Assembly: GCA_963674735.2 (NCBI GenBank)
Contig: CAXXQS010000001.1
Location: forward strand, 1,248,001 to 1,312,000
Origin: Myxococcota bacterium
GTDB lineage: Bacteria > Myxococcota_A > SURF-8
Direction: 5' to 3'
DNA length: 64,000 bases
Shown here: positions 1-11,200 of the stretch, in pieces
Position numbering within the stretch: position 1 is the stretch's first letter
Layout: each line of letters starts with the position of its first letter
The notes under the pieces: model-generated
The model's database searches: none
What the model was told of the DNA's origin: nothing
What the model saw: only the letters and a program-made list of their open reading frames with translations
Position numbers and translations under genes: made by a program

Positions 1-3000
1 TTGATCGATGGTGCAAGGATCGTCATCGCTGTCGCAGACCGTTCCATCCGGCGCATTTGCGGTGCCAATGCAGTCGCCGGACTGGCAGGCCGAAGAGGAG
101 GTACAGACATCGTTGTCGTTGCAACTGTCGTTTTCTTTCGGAGTGGGATCCTTTTCACAACCGTAGCCATAGTAACTGGTCGATACGCAATAGCCGACAT
201 TGCAGGCATCATCAGCACTTGAGCAGTCCGCCTGGTTGCCTGGAGAGCAGGAGCCGCTTTGGCAGGTATCGTTGACCGTGCAACCGTCGTTGTCGGCGTT
301 ACAGATGTCTCCCTCGTACACGGTGGAGTCCGTTTCGCAGGTGTACGAGTCGAAGGTGGTGGAAAGGCAGTAACCCTCGTTGCATTGGTCGGAAATACCG
401 GTGCAGTCTGCAGTGCCGCCTGCGTGGCAGGCTCCATCATAACAGGTGTCACTGACGGTGCAGCCATCTTCGTCTGCGTTACAACGTACGCCCTCGGCCT
501 GAGTGTATTGGCGGAATCCGCAGGGCTCAGCCGCATTCGACGGATCGCAGGTATCTTCCGTGCAATCGTTGTAATCATTGCAGATTCTAGCTGTTCCCGT
601 GCATTGACCGCCACTGCATACATCGTTGACCGTACAAGCATTGCCGTCATTACAAAAGTTTGTGTTGTTGGTGTATTCGCAACCGGTTAACGGATTACAG
701 GAATCGGTCGTGCATGTGTTTTCTCCACCACCGGGGAAATAATCGGTGCAATCCCGTGTCGAACCCAGGCACTGACCGTTGGAGCAGGTATCGTTAACGG
801 TGCAGAGATTATTGTCGTTGCAGTCCCCGCCAGTGAGATTCAAACTATCGCAGCCGATGCCAGGTTCACACCAGTTCTGCGTACAGATGTTGCCGTCTTC
901 GCAATTTTTAGGTGTACCGACGCACTCGCCGCTGTCGCAATGATCGTTTTCCGTACAGGGATCATAATCTTCGCATGGTCCTTCGCGTGGATCGTTCCGG
1001 CAACCGACATACGCGATGCAACTATCGGTCGTACACGTTTTATTGTCGTTACACAGGTCTGTGGTCGGCCCGGAATAGCAGATGCCACCACTGCAATAAT
1101 CGCCCAGTGAGCAAGGATTTGAGTCGTCGCAGCTTCCGGAGATCGGCCGCCATTTACAGCCTTGCACGTCGTCGCAATAGTACTCCCGACAAGCGAGATC
1201 CTTGTCTTCCACCGGATCGTCGGCGGTGGGGCATTCCATCGAGTTTTCACCCGGCTGGCATAGCCCTTGAGATGTGCAGACGTCGTCGACGGTGCATGAG
1301 TTGTTATCGCTACAGGGCTCCCCGGTGAGAGCGACGTGGAGGCAAGGATCGTTAGGCGGTAGAATTTCGGAATCGCAAACATCATCCGTGCAGTATTTGC
1401 CGTCATCGCAGCTTTTGGTTGAAGAGCCGGGAGTACATATGCCACTCAGGCAACGGTCATCCAGCGTGCATTGGTTGTTATCGGAGCAGGTTGCACCATC
1501 ATTAACGGCTTGGTGGGTGCAATAGTCGGTCAATTCGCAGTCATCACCGGTACAAGCGGTGGGAGAACAGGAATCGTTTGTACAAGTATTATCGTCGCCG
1601 CAATCCGGCCTGCCGGTTCCGGATTTGCATGTTTTGTTGCTGCAATAGTCGCCAACCGTACACGGATTGCCATCGTCGCACAGGCTTGAATTGTCGGCCG
1701 TATATTGGCAGCCATATGTTTTGCTACATGAATCGATGGTGCAATTGTTTTCAGCTCCACCCGGGAGATAATCTCGACATTCGATCGTATCACCGACGCA
1801 GACGCCGCTTTCACAATGATCGTCTTCGGTACAGGCGTCGTTATCATTGCAAGGCGAATCGTCGTCAATTGGGGGGAAATAGCAGACTCCCTGTTCATCA
1901 CAGGTGTTTTCCGTGCAATCGTTATTGTCCTCACAGACTTTTGTTTGCCCGGAAATGCATGTCATTGTGACGCCGACATAGGCACAATAATCTCCGGTGG
2001 TGCATGGGTCGCCATCTTCACAGGAACCGGTGCGCGGCGTGTGGATACAGCCGGTGTCGGAATTACAGGTATCGATGGTGCAATCATTGTAATCTTCACA
2101 AGCACCTTCCGTGCTTCCCGGCTGACACGAGCCGAGCGAGCATTTGTCGCCGATGGTGCAGCGATCGTCGTCGTCGCAGTCAAGTTCGTTGAATTCATGA
2201 TCGCAAGGATCCGGAGAGGTGCTCGATGAGTCGCAGGAATCATCCGTACAGATGTTGCCGTCATTGCAATTCAGTGGTTCGCCATCTTCGCAGGTTCCGT
2301 TTTGGCAGGTGTCGTTGACCGTACATGGATTATCGTTTACACAGTCTTTCCCGTTATCATACGGGAAAACGCAGCCTTGACCATTGATACATTCGTTTTG
2401 GGTGCATTCGTTATTGTCTTCGCAAATAACGGGATCTCCGATACAAGTACCGTTGGAATTGCAGGTTTCATTTTCGGTGCAGTCATTGTTGTCATTGCAA
2501 GCCGATCCCGGGACGGCCGGATACTCGAAGCATTGAGTTGTTCGGCATTCGATAACGATACAACCGTCATTCGTTCCGCAGGCTTCTTGCGGCATCCAGC
2601 CCGTTCCATCGTTTTTGCATACTTGCTCATGCTGGAGGTCTACGCAACGCCATTCATTCGGCGTACAGGGCTGCGGAACGCATTCACTCTCCAGGCAGAT
2701 TTCACCGAAAACTTCGCATGGGGTGAATTCACCGAGGGATTCACCATCGTCGCCGCAAATCCGGTAACCGGTGCCGCCTTCGTACCAGCAGATGATCTCA
2801 CCGGGCGAGCAATTGGGCACGCATTGGGGACTGTTTTGAACGTCGGGATCCGGGGTCATACCGGGGGGGCATTCTTCGGCACCAAAGCCGGAAACCGAAA
2901 CATACAAATACGGATTATCGACCGAGTTTGTGGTCAGACGCAATGTATTGCTGTAGGCTGTGGCTTCCGGCGGATCGAACATCAGTGTCAGGTTCAAAGT

Positions 3001-4146
3001 ATTACCCGGATCGATCGATTCACCGAGGATATCGCCCTGGATAACAAAGGGGTTGGGATTAGAAGTCGCCCAACTTTTTCCATTGATTGTCAATTCTCCC
3101 GTGCCGTCGTTGCTGATGGTCGTCGAACGCAACGCAGGTCCGAGATCGATGAGAACGTACCCGAAATCCAGGTTGTCCGGATCGACTTCACCCAATGATC
3201 CGACGCCGGATCCGGAGAGCGGGATGGTGAGGCTTTGTTCGTCGTTTACGAAATCATTTGCCGTGATGATGAGCTGATTGGAGAAATCGTTTTCTTCTGT
3301 TGGAGCAAACTGAACCGCACACTGCATTTCCGCATTGGGACTCAAGTAGAAGGGAGGACGGCAACCGCCTTCCAGGATCAGTTTGAACGGTGCACCGGCT
3401 TGCTGAAGAGCAATGGCGCTGATTTCCAAGGGACGTGTGGAGTCGGCGGGGTTGGGAATTGCACTGACGGTGAAGTACTCGCGGTAAGCGGCTGAACCGT
3501 CGGAGGAGATAACCTGCTCATCCCATTGGATTTCAGTCGGCTCGACTCCCAACTCGGCGGTTCCTTTCCAGTTGGTGCGCAGAGATACTTCGGCACGCGG
3601 CAGAACATCGTCATTGGATCCTATGATCAACATGCCTTCATCCTGCCGGCCATCGGAAGGGCAATACTGCACTCTCACCGTAATGGTGTAGCCGGGGGAC
3701 AGATCTTGTGGAAGATCCTCATCCGTCGGAGCTTCGATGACGAATTCGCGGCTGGTTTCGGCTGTGAGAAGTGTATCGATGATGGTGATGGGTTTAATAC
3801 CCGAGGAGGTTGCAACGATATCGATCGCCTTGCATTCTCCCGGCATGACAGCGCCGAAATCGACTTCATCGGTTACGGTGAGACAGTGCTCGTAACAAGT
3901 TGCCGGAATGTCGCTGGTGTCCCCATCCGTTTCCGTGTCGCCATCTGTAGTTGGTTTATCGATATCGCCATCGGTGTTGAGATCGATGTCGATATCGGGA
4001 ACCTCATCACCATCAACAGGATCGTCGCTGTCACCTGGATTGTCACCATCGGGAGGATTGTCATCAGAATCGGTGCCGGTACAGGACATGACTGATAAGG
4101 TGATCGCCAGAACGAAAAGAAGGAACATCCATCTGCCTAAGGCCAT
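1..4146 (-). CDS. Large Cys-rich surface lipoprotein, 3' end beyond window: DGD linker, choice-of-anchor-D/ASH-like Ig domains, then many Dictyostelium-type CDDGNxCTxDxC repeats
   Basis: Absent from the ORF track because it has no stop in the window. Reverse strand reads AGGAG-7nt-ATG at 4146: MALGRWMFLLFVLAITLSVMSC (lipobox) TGTDSDDNPPDGDNPGDSDD..., later VDFGAVMPG and IIGSNDD (Ig-like), ending ...PCTIDQ at base 1. The + strand frame-1 ORFs are its codon shadow. Confidence 0.88.
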   Translation of the reverse strand, partial: MALGRWMFLLFVLAITLSVMSCTGTDSDDNPPDGDNPGDSDDPVDGDEVPDIDIDLNTDGDIDKPTTDGDTETDGDTSDIPATCYEHCLTVTDEVDFGAVMPGECKAIDIVATSSGIKPITIIDTLLTAETSREFVIEAPTDEDLPQDLSPGYTITVRVQYCPSDGRQDEGMLIIGSNDDVLPRAEVSLRTNWKGTAELGVEPTEIQWDEQVISSDGSAAYREYFTVSAIPNPADSTRPLEISAIALQQAGAPFKLILEGGCRPPFYLSPNAEMQCAVQFAPTEENDFSNQLIITANDFVNDEQSLTIPLSGSGVGSLGEVDPDNLDFGYVLIDLGPALRSTTISNDGTGELTINGKSWATSNPNPFVIQGDILGESIDPGNTLNLTLMFDPPEATAYSNTLRLTTNSVDNPYLYVSVSGFGAEECPPGMTPDPDVQNSPQCVPNCSPGEIICWYEGGTGYRICGDDGESLGEFTPCEVFGEICLESECVPQPCTPNEWRCVDLQHEQVCKNDGTGWMPQEACGTNDGCIVIECRTTQCFEYPAVPGSACNDNNDCTENETCNSNGTCIGDPVICEDNNECTQNECINGQGCVFPYDNGKDCVNDNPCTVNDTCQNGTCEDGEPLNCNDGNICTDDSCDSSSTSPDPCDHEFNELDCDDDDRCTIGDKCSLGSCQPGSTEGACEDYNDCTIDTCNSDTGCIHTPRTGSCEDGDPCTTGDYCAYVGVTMTCISGQTKVCEDNNDCTENTCDEQGVCYFPPIDDDSPCNDNDACTEDDHCESGVCVGDTIECRDYLPGGAENNCTIDSCSKTYGCQYTADNSSLCDDGNPCTVGDYCSNKTCKSGTGRPDCGDDNTCTNDSCSPTACTGDDCELTDYCTHQAVNDGATCSDNNQCTLDDRCLSGICTPGSSTKSCDDGKYCTDDVCDSEILPPNDPCLHVALTGEPCSDNNSCTVDDVCTSQGLCQPGENSMECPTADDPVEDKDLACREYYCDDVQGCKWRPISGSCDDSNPCSLGDYCSGGICYSGPTTDLCNDNKTCTTDSCIAYVGCRNDPREGPCEDYDPCTENDHCDSGECVGTPKNCEDGNICTQNWCEPGIGCDSLNLTGGDCNDNNLCTVNDTCSNGQCLGSTRDCTDYFPGGGENTCTTDSCNPLTGCEYTNNTNFCNDGNACTVNDVCSGGQCTGTARICNDYNDCTEDTCDPSNAAEPCGFRQYTQAEGVRCNADEDGCTVSDTCYDGACHAGGTADCTGISDQCNEGYCLSTTFDSYTCETDSTVYEGDICNADNDGCTVNDTCQSGSCSPGNQADCSSADDACNVGYCVSTSYYGYGCEKDPTPKENDSCNDNDVCTSSSACQSGDCIGTANAPDGTVCDSDDDPCTIDQ

Positions 4147-4354
4147 CTCGAAATCTCCTACTACAACTCATGGGTGACTGCACATTTCCGGGATATTGCA
4201 ACAAAAGCACTCTAACCGGGAAACCCGGATAAATGTAAAAACAGGCGAGACCTATTTCCTTTGATAGCAGAATCGCAAGGGAAATTCAATTCTTTTGTCG
4301 GTTCAGTTACGAATGACAAAGCGCCAAACAGCGGCCTTTCTCATTTTTAAGATT

Positions 4355-7300
4355 TTAATTGGAGGGAGCAGATGCCTCCGTGAGTAAACGCACAACGATT
4401 CCCTCACGTTCCGATCGATCGATTTCGGCACAGAAACGGTAGAAATTCATGTAGTCAGACAACTCGACTCTTTGAATTGGAATCGCGAAATCCCTTGTAA
4501 AAGTAACGGTTTGCCCTTTCGTTTCTACATTTAGACTGTAGCGCCCGAACGACTCGCTGACGTTTTTGGGCTCAGGGAGGGAGGCTAGAGTTGTACCTGG
4601 CGGCAATTGTAGCACCGTTGTATTGACGCCGCTGTTTATCCCATTGATCAGCATGGGGTAATTCCGCGATGGTAGACGAATGTAACTTTGCAGCAATTCA
4701 AGCGGGAAAAATCCACCTTCGATGCGCAAGGTGTCGCGACTGACCCGAGCCATTCTACCGATGGTAAATGTGTAGTGAAGTTCAATGGGGAGATCGGGAT
4801 CTGCCAAATTGGCTATGTCAACACTTTCAATCTGGGCTCCTGGGAAGTTACGGCTAAGGACCATTTCGAAAAACGGTTTGCGGCGATCGGTTGGAATTTG
4901 CTTGAGTTTTCTTCGCAACCCCGCTGAATAGTATCCACCGATGCGCTCAATTGCTTCAGCCTGGGCCGATCCATCTCCTTTGAGCTTGATAAATAAACTG
5001 ACTTCTTTTGCTTCTCCCTGGGTGGTCCAAACCGGCAGGCGAGTAAAAACATCTGCTTCTTCGGTCAGAACAAGCGCTCGGGTTCCGGATAATAACGGGG
5101 AAGGACGATTGAAAACCGACTCCTTGAACCTTGACTCCAAATAGAGCGTTTGACCGTCTTGCAAGCGAACCCTCAGCATAGGGCTTGAGTAAGCGCTCGG
5201 GTACGCATTGGGGTAGCCGATCGGTTGAACGGTGATTGGTCTGGCCAGTATGAATTCATTTTCAATATCAATCATGTCGAGTAGAGCGGCGAGCAAGAGT
5301 AAGCGGTTGCCGTTTTTGTTCAATAAAATTTGCGTGGCAGTGGAACCGAAACGGTGGTCGTTGTCTTCGCCTTCAACCGTATTCGCGATGGCATAGAAAA
5401 GGCGGCGAACGGTTTCGAATTCGGATTCGCCGTTAACCTGATTCTCATTGAGGAATTTTCGAAGCTCGGTGGTCGGTCGATCAAGTAAAACCCGTTTCTG
5501 CCTGAAATAGTCTCTTAATTCTCGCCAATCAACCGGTAGACTCAGGTGAACGATCGGCAGCACCTCTTCCTTGACCGGCATAAAAGGCTCACTGAAAATC
5601 GCATCTAACTTGCTGTTGAGGTAATCCCAGGATATCCATCCGTTTTCTTCGTGGCGAACGGGTTCCGATCCTTCGTAATTCATGGCGAAGCGGTTTACGG
5701 GGAGATCGCTTGGGTGTTGGACACGAAAGTGGGAGCGGAAAACGGGGGTGTCGAGCATACGAAACATGAAACGCGCGGTGAAAAGGCGACCATTGGATAA
5801 GCTGTTGTTTTTACTCGTTCCTTCCGCGTAGTCCATCTCAATGAAATCGCCCACTTCCAGGTTGGGCATGGTAATGGAACGCAGACCCGCCACATTGTCC
5901 GGAACCAGTATGCGTCCATCTGGTTTGATCACGCGTAACTGATAAATTTCCGCGCCGCGAGGAAGATAGATCTCACCATAGCGGGTTTGCGCTTCTTTCG
6001 TTTGCACTCGTGTGACGATGTGGGTACGGCCGATGGCGCTTCCGTCTTCGAATATCCGGGTTATATACTCATCCAGGACCACGACCGCCCCGGCTTCCGG
6101 CTTGAAATTGTCTTTCAGGAAATCGGCTATCACTGTTTCGGCGGAGGTGACGGAATCGCCCAGAATTTCCGTTCCACTCAGAAAAGCAATATCTCTCCTC
6201 ACATTGAAAGCCCCAGGTTTCTGCTTTAGATGTTTTTCGAGAATATTCTTGGCTTCGGCTTTTCTGTCATTGAGAACCAACACACGAGCCAGTTCGCGGG
6301 AATACTGGGACTCCGTTCCAGGATGCTTTCTTAAAGCTGAGTATATTTCAATGGCTTGTTTGAAGTTTCCACGTTTGGTGGACAACTTGGCCAAGGCTCT
6401 GCGAAGCGTGCGATCATACGGTATCCATTCAAGACTTCGACGAATCTGTTGTTCGGCTTCATCGTATTTGCCCCCTTCTTCAAGCCAACGGCTGTAGGTG
6501 AGACCTGGACCATCGAGTTGGGCGATACGCTCCACTAGTTTCGCGGCGGAGGCAAAATCGGAGCGGCTACGGTAATACAGGTAAAGATCTTGAAGGAAAT
6601 CGAGATCTCGGTTGTTTCTGGCGAGGGTTTGCTTCGCGGCCTTTTCAGCTTCCTCGTGCCACTGATTATGGTTGTATATTTGGAAAAGCGATTTATACCA
6701 GAAATAATATGAAGGTTCTTGTTTGATTAACGTATGAAGCCGCTCAATTGCCTTTTCAATACGATCTTGGGCGACATCGTCCTCGACCAACTGGTGAGCG
6801 GCCATCGCTTGTGCCGGGTCGAGTTCAAGTGCCTTTTTCAGGTCGCGTCGGGCGATATCCTGAGCAAAACGCTGAGGGAGAGCCGGATCCGACGACGCAT
6901 TCAATGCGCGTAGGGTATAGAGTGGGGCGAAATGAGGATTGATGGCAAGAGCTCGTTCAACGTCCTGCTTGACCCGCTCGATATCGAGGATTTCCATGTT
7001 TGCCAATAAACTAAATAAAAGCGTGTAGATATCGGGGTTGGCATCCGCGCGTTTGGACCAGAAGCGCTCTTCCGCTTCGGGTAAATCAGCCTTTTTAGGG
7101 GATGAATCAGTTGCAAGGGTCGGTGGATTTTCGCAATCGGCGGACCAAGTCAGGGCGATGGGTTCGCCTTTAACTCCGGTCAAGCCGAGATCAAACCCGA
7201 TGTTGGGTTGATGGCTCCCAATTTTTAGTACGAGTTTATGCCAGCCTGCAGCGAGTCCGACGACGGTTTCTGTCAGAGGAGGCAGATAGGCCTGACGCGT

Positions 7301-8218
7301 ATCGTGTCGTGCCACTTCGACATTATCGATAAACAGAATGGACGGGTGGCGGGTTTGGAGTTGCAGCAAAACGTTGTAGCTGTTTTCCAGCTTGAAATAG
7401 GAGACGGCGTAAAAAACGCCTCCACGGTCCGATATGTCGCGGATTTTAGTTCGGAAAAGCCGCTCGTCTACCGGATACGCTTCCAGGCTTTCGGTGGTCG
7501 TCGCATACTCACAAGACAGAGGAGTCGCCGTTTCAGGCTCGAAAGACTGGTCGATATCCAGCAGGCCGAATTCACCGAACGGACCGATTAAGGCATATTG
7601 CTGAAGGGAACCCAAGCGATCCTGCATGGCCAGCGACTGTTCACGTTTCCCGTTTTCGCGGTAAAGGCGCGCGAGCGTATGGGTAATATGGCGGCGGGTT
7701 CGTCTGGACAGGTTCGGGTGATCAATCAATTTTTCGAAAGTGGGAGTAACTTTCTGTGGAAAATCGGGTGTGTGTTGATAAAACTCCGCGAGAAATCCTG
7801 CCGCTAATGAGGCGTACGGACTTGTCGGGGACGTTGTGAGTGTTTGTATAAAGGCCGATTGCGAACAGGTGAGACGGCCTTCTAGATAGCAGACCAACCC
7901 CAAAGCCATAGAGGCTTCCGGATTCGAAGGGTTTGCCGATATGGCCTTTTCGAAAAAGGAACGGCTCGCAGCTCCGTTGTTATGCAAAAGCCAGGCTGCC
8001 CAACCCGCTTGGAACAGATCATCGTATTGCCCACGGGTTTGTGCTTCATCCGCCAAGGATTTAAACAGCGCTTCGGCTTGTGGAGTCCCTCCTTGAAGAG
8101 AGAATGAACGTGGACTGGTTGCACAGGCAGATAAGCCCCAAACCGTAATCGCTGCCAGCATCAATACAAACCGGAAATGCAACTTGAAGCGGTTGGTCGT
8201 GTAAGAAATATTACTCAT
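4355..8218 (-). CDS. TPR + DUF3857 + transglutaminase-like lipoprotein, probably catalytically inactive
   Basis: 1287 aa. Lipobox GLSAC, TPR-like helices, IGPF..FYAVSYF jelly-roll-like segment, DUF3857-type PNLEVGDFIE. GNRLLLL occupies the place of the usual GDCKD catalytic motif. Confidence 0.8.
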   Translation of the reverse strand: MSNISYTTNRFKLHFRFVLMLAAITVWGLSACATSPRSFSLQGGTPQAEALFKSLADEAQTRGQYDDLFQAGWAAWLLHNNGAASRSFFEKAISANPSNPEASMALGLVCYLEGRLTCSQSAFIQTLTTSPTSPYASLAAGFLAEFYQHTPDFPQKVTPTFEKLIDHPNLSRRTRRHITHTLARLYRENGKREQSLAMQDRLGSLQQYALIGPFGEFGLLDIDQSFEPETATPLSCEYATTTESLEAYPVDERLFRTKIRDISDRGGVFYAVSYFKLENSYNVLLQLQTRHPSILFIDNVEVARHDTRQAYLPPLTETVVGLAAGWHKLVLKIGSHQPNIGFDLGLTGVKGEPIALTWSADCENPPTLATDSSPKKADLPEAEERFWSKRADANPDIYTLLFSLLANMEILDIERVKQDVERALAINPHFAPLYTLRALNASSDPALPQRFAQDIARRDLKKALELDPAQAMAAHQLVEDDVAQDRIEKAIERLHTLIKQEPSYYFWYKSLFQIYNHNQWHEEAEKAAKQTLARNNRDLDFLQDLYLYYRSRSDFASAAKLVERIAQLDGPGLTYSRWLEEGGKYDEAEQQIRRSLEWIPYDRTLRRALAKLSTKRGNFKQAIEIYSALRKHPGTESQYSRELARVLVLNDRKAEAKNILEKHLKQKPGAFNVRRDIAFLSGTEILGDSVTSAETVIADFLKDNFKPEAGAVVVLDEYITRIFEDGSAIGRTHIVTRVQTKEAQTRYGEIYLPRGAEIYQLRVIKPDGRILVPDNVAGLRSITMPNLEVGDFIEMDYAEGTSKNNSLSNGRLFTARFMFRMLDTPVFRSHFRVQHPSDLPVNRFAMNYEGSEPVRHEENGWISWDYLNSKLDAIFSEPFMPVKEEVLPIVHLSLPVDWRELRDYFRQKRVLLDRPTTELRKFLNENQVNGESEFETVRRLFYAIANTVEGEDNDHRFGSTATQILLNKNGNRLLLLAALLDMIDIENEFILARPITVQPIGYPNAYPSAYSSPMLRVRLQDGQTLYLESRFKESVFNRPSPLLSGTRALVLTEEADVFTRLPVWTTQGEAKEVSLFIKLKGDGSAQAEAIERIGGYYSAGLRRKLKQIPTDRRKPFFEMVLSRNFPGAQIESVDIANLADPDLPIELHYTFTIGRMARVSRDTLRIEGGFFPLELLQSYIRLPSRNYPMLINGINSGVNTTVLQLPPGTTLASLPEPKNVSESFGRYSLNVETKGQTVTFTRDFAIPIQRVELSDYMNFYRFCAEIDRSEREGIVVRLLTEASAPSN

Positions 8219-11200
8219 GCGTCAACTCCTCAAAGCGCAGTTCTTGCTTGAATGCCTGGGTGACTTCCTGGCAGAAGCGATGAAAATCCGGATAGTCTTT
8301 AACCTCGATTCGATCTTGTCGAAAGACCAATGTGTGACTGATCAGCAGGTCCCCATCTTCGGGAATGACGGTCATGCGGAAGGAACCGAAATCCGTATCG
8401 ATTGCCTGGGGCGAGGGAATATTTAACAGTTTGAAACGACCATTCAGATGAAGTCGTAATGTAGACTCAATGGTTTGCAGACGATCGATCATAACTGGAT
8501 GTTCGCGAGTAGAGAGAGAAGCGAAGCGCTTGACCAAGTCTATTTTATCGATCGAAATCGGGGCTATTATTTCATGGCCCTCGTGGCGTAGAAAGTCGGG
8601 CAGGGTTGCTTGATACGAAAGTTCGACCGGTTTGAGGATGTCTTCCAGGTTGTCAAACGAGTAGTTTTCGACAACGGTGCCGGGGTGGTCGCGGTTGACG
8701 AGTTTTTCGAGATTTTCGTGACGCTTTTTTACATCCTGAAAATGGCGCCGAAAAATGGCGGCGCGGGACCCTTCGATTCGGATGGTGTTTTCAAGTGAGG
8801 CTTGATCGTTGACCGTGAGGTCCACAAGCGTGGTTTGCCGATAGATATTGGTGCTGGGGTCGGGTAGGGGAACACGGGTGAAGGTGGTCTGCTTTTCCGA
8901 TACCAGCATCACTTGCCCGTGCCGGTCTTGAACCGGGAGTTCGAATGGTCCCGAGAATTCAGCCGTACCATCCAGGTAGAGATCGTAGTCGGGCAAATAG
9001 GCGATGGCATGATTGAATACCGCCAAAGAGGGAGGATAAGCCGCTAGACTCCCAAGATTGTTCGTTCGAATAATCGCCATCTGGGCTCGAATTCCGGCTT
9101 CGGTAAGCATTGTGACAAGCAGCGTCGCTTTGTCTTTGCAGTCGCCGAAACGACGCTCGAAAATGCGATTAACCTGGTATGGTTTATAGCTGTGTATGCC
9201 GAATTCAAGGCCGATGTAACGTGTGTTGGTGACCACCCATTGATAAATCATCCGTACACGGTCCAGCGGGTTATCCAGGCCGTTTATCAGCTCTTTTACG
9301 ACACGTTTCAGATCTTCTTTTGCTATGAACTGGTCGCGAATCAACCCCCAATACCACGTCCCCAGTGTGGACCAGTCTTTGAAGGTTGAAACATGCAAGA
9401 CATCCGCTTGTTCGACAAGGGGAGGCGATTTGGGCTCGGAGGGGATTTTCGCAACATTTTCGGCTTTCCAACGATATTCCAGATCGCCGTTGTCCAGATA
9501 TGTCGTCTGAGGTTCGAGACTTAGCTTTGGAGTATTGTGATATAAAGGCTTTTTCTTGGGAATCAGGATCACGAATTGGCGTTCCCGGATGGGATAACGT
9601 CCTTGCAATAAATCGAGTGTGCCGAAGTAGTCGCTGAACAGATTTTCGGCGGCAATGTCGTCGATACGGTATTGTAATTCCACCACGTCGCCCGGTTCCA
9701 GATCGGGGAATGTTACAACTCTCACACGGTAATCGAAATAAATCTGATAGGCTTTGTTGACTGAATGATCGTTGTCGCTGTAACGTTCACTTACGCGTCC
9801 GTCAGGTTTGAAAACACGTGCTTTCAGAATTTTGACTTCCTGACGTTCGGGAGAGTAGCGAATCCCGAACTGTTGAAAGTTTTTAATGCCGTTTTCATCA
9901 TAAACTCGCACGATCGACTGCTTGAAGTGGCTGGATAGTCCATTCTCGAAGACTTTCCAGACGTCCGAGCTGAGCAATTCTTCGGCACTTTCCTCCGTTT
10001 CCGGGGTGGCCGGTCGTCGTGAAAGGATGAATAACGCGTCCTGAACGTACGGAACTTCGAAAGTGTTGCTTTCCGGAGTGAGATGTAGGAGATAGCGTTT
10101 TAGATCCGGGTTTTGTGGGGCGATGGCCAATGAACGATTCCATAGCTCCAAGGCTTTTTCAGCGTTTCCCGATCGATGTTCCAATTCAGCCAGACGTTCC
10201 AAAATCGTGGTATCTTCAGGAGCTATGGAAAGCGCTTTTTGAAGGGTAATGCGTGCTTTGGAGTCGTGGCCGCTGCCGCTTTGCAATTTGGACAGGCGCA
10301 GAAGGTCGGGCAGGTTCCCAGGCCGTAAGGAAAGGATTTGACGCGTAATTTTGATTGCGGTGCTCGAATCCTTGTGCTTGACCGCATTGTCGTATTGCCA
10401 GCGTAAATCTCTAGGGATATTCGCTTTATTCTGAATCAACACCCGGTGGATTTGGTCGGATTCTTTGTCGAGGTCGAGCATCTCCAGGTGTTCGGCCAAC
10501 GCTCGTTTGACGGATCGAACCGTTGGGAAGCGTCGATGCAGGTCATGGAGCAAGTCGATTGCCTCCGCACGGTGATTACGCTCATCAAGCAACTGTGACC
10601 ATAACAGTTGTGCCTCGATCAAAACCGATTCCCGTTCGAGAACCGGTAATAGCCAGTTGCGGGCTTGGACGGGTTGGCCTTCGCTGATGAAAAAGCGTGC
10701 CAGTTCAAGTGAAAAACGAGGATTTTCGGGGAAAAGACGAGCTCCGTTGAGGAGGCAGGAATGTCGACGATTGGGGTCGTCTATCGCTTCGGCGCAGTGC
10801 AATAACGCTTCGGGATCGTTGGGCTTTCGCTCGATGGCTCGTAGAGCCCATTCCGCATGGAGGTTTTGTTCCGGTGAATAGGGGTGCTGTTTCATCAATA
10901 AAAGACTGATTAGCCTGGCATTCCGACTCGTTGGATGCTTGGTGTCACGCTTGATCAATCGATCGACGGATAAAGTGAAGGATTTGTTGGAGTTACCCTT
11001 GCTCGAAAGTTTCCAGTTTTGACGGGTGGAAGGGAAAGGCGCTTTCGTCGCGGCGTTTTCATCGGATTCAAGACCCGCGAGAGCGTTTATCGCTCGTCCT
11101 TTGCGATCAAGTATAGCTGCTCGATATCCCCAGTCGCCGTCGCGACCTGAAATTTTGAGAAGCAGGTCATTCATTCCGCGTTTCAATCGGATCCGATAGG

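Noticed and set aside
1-4177. Many short ORFs on both strands
   Set aside because: Explained as shadows of one minus-strand gene starting at 4146.
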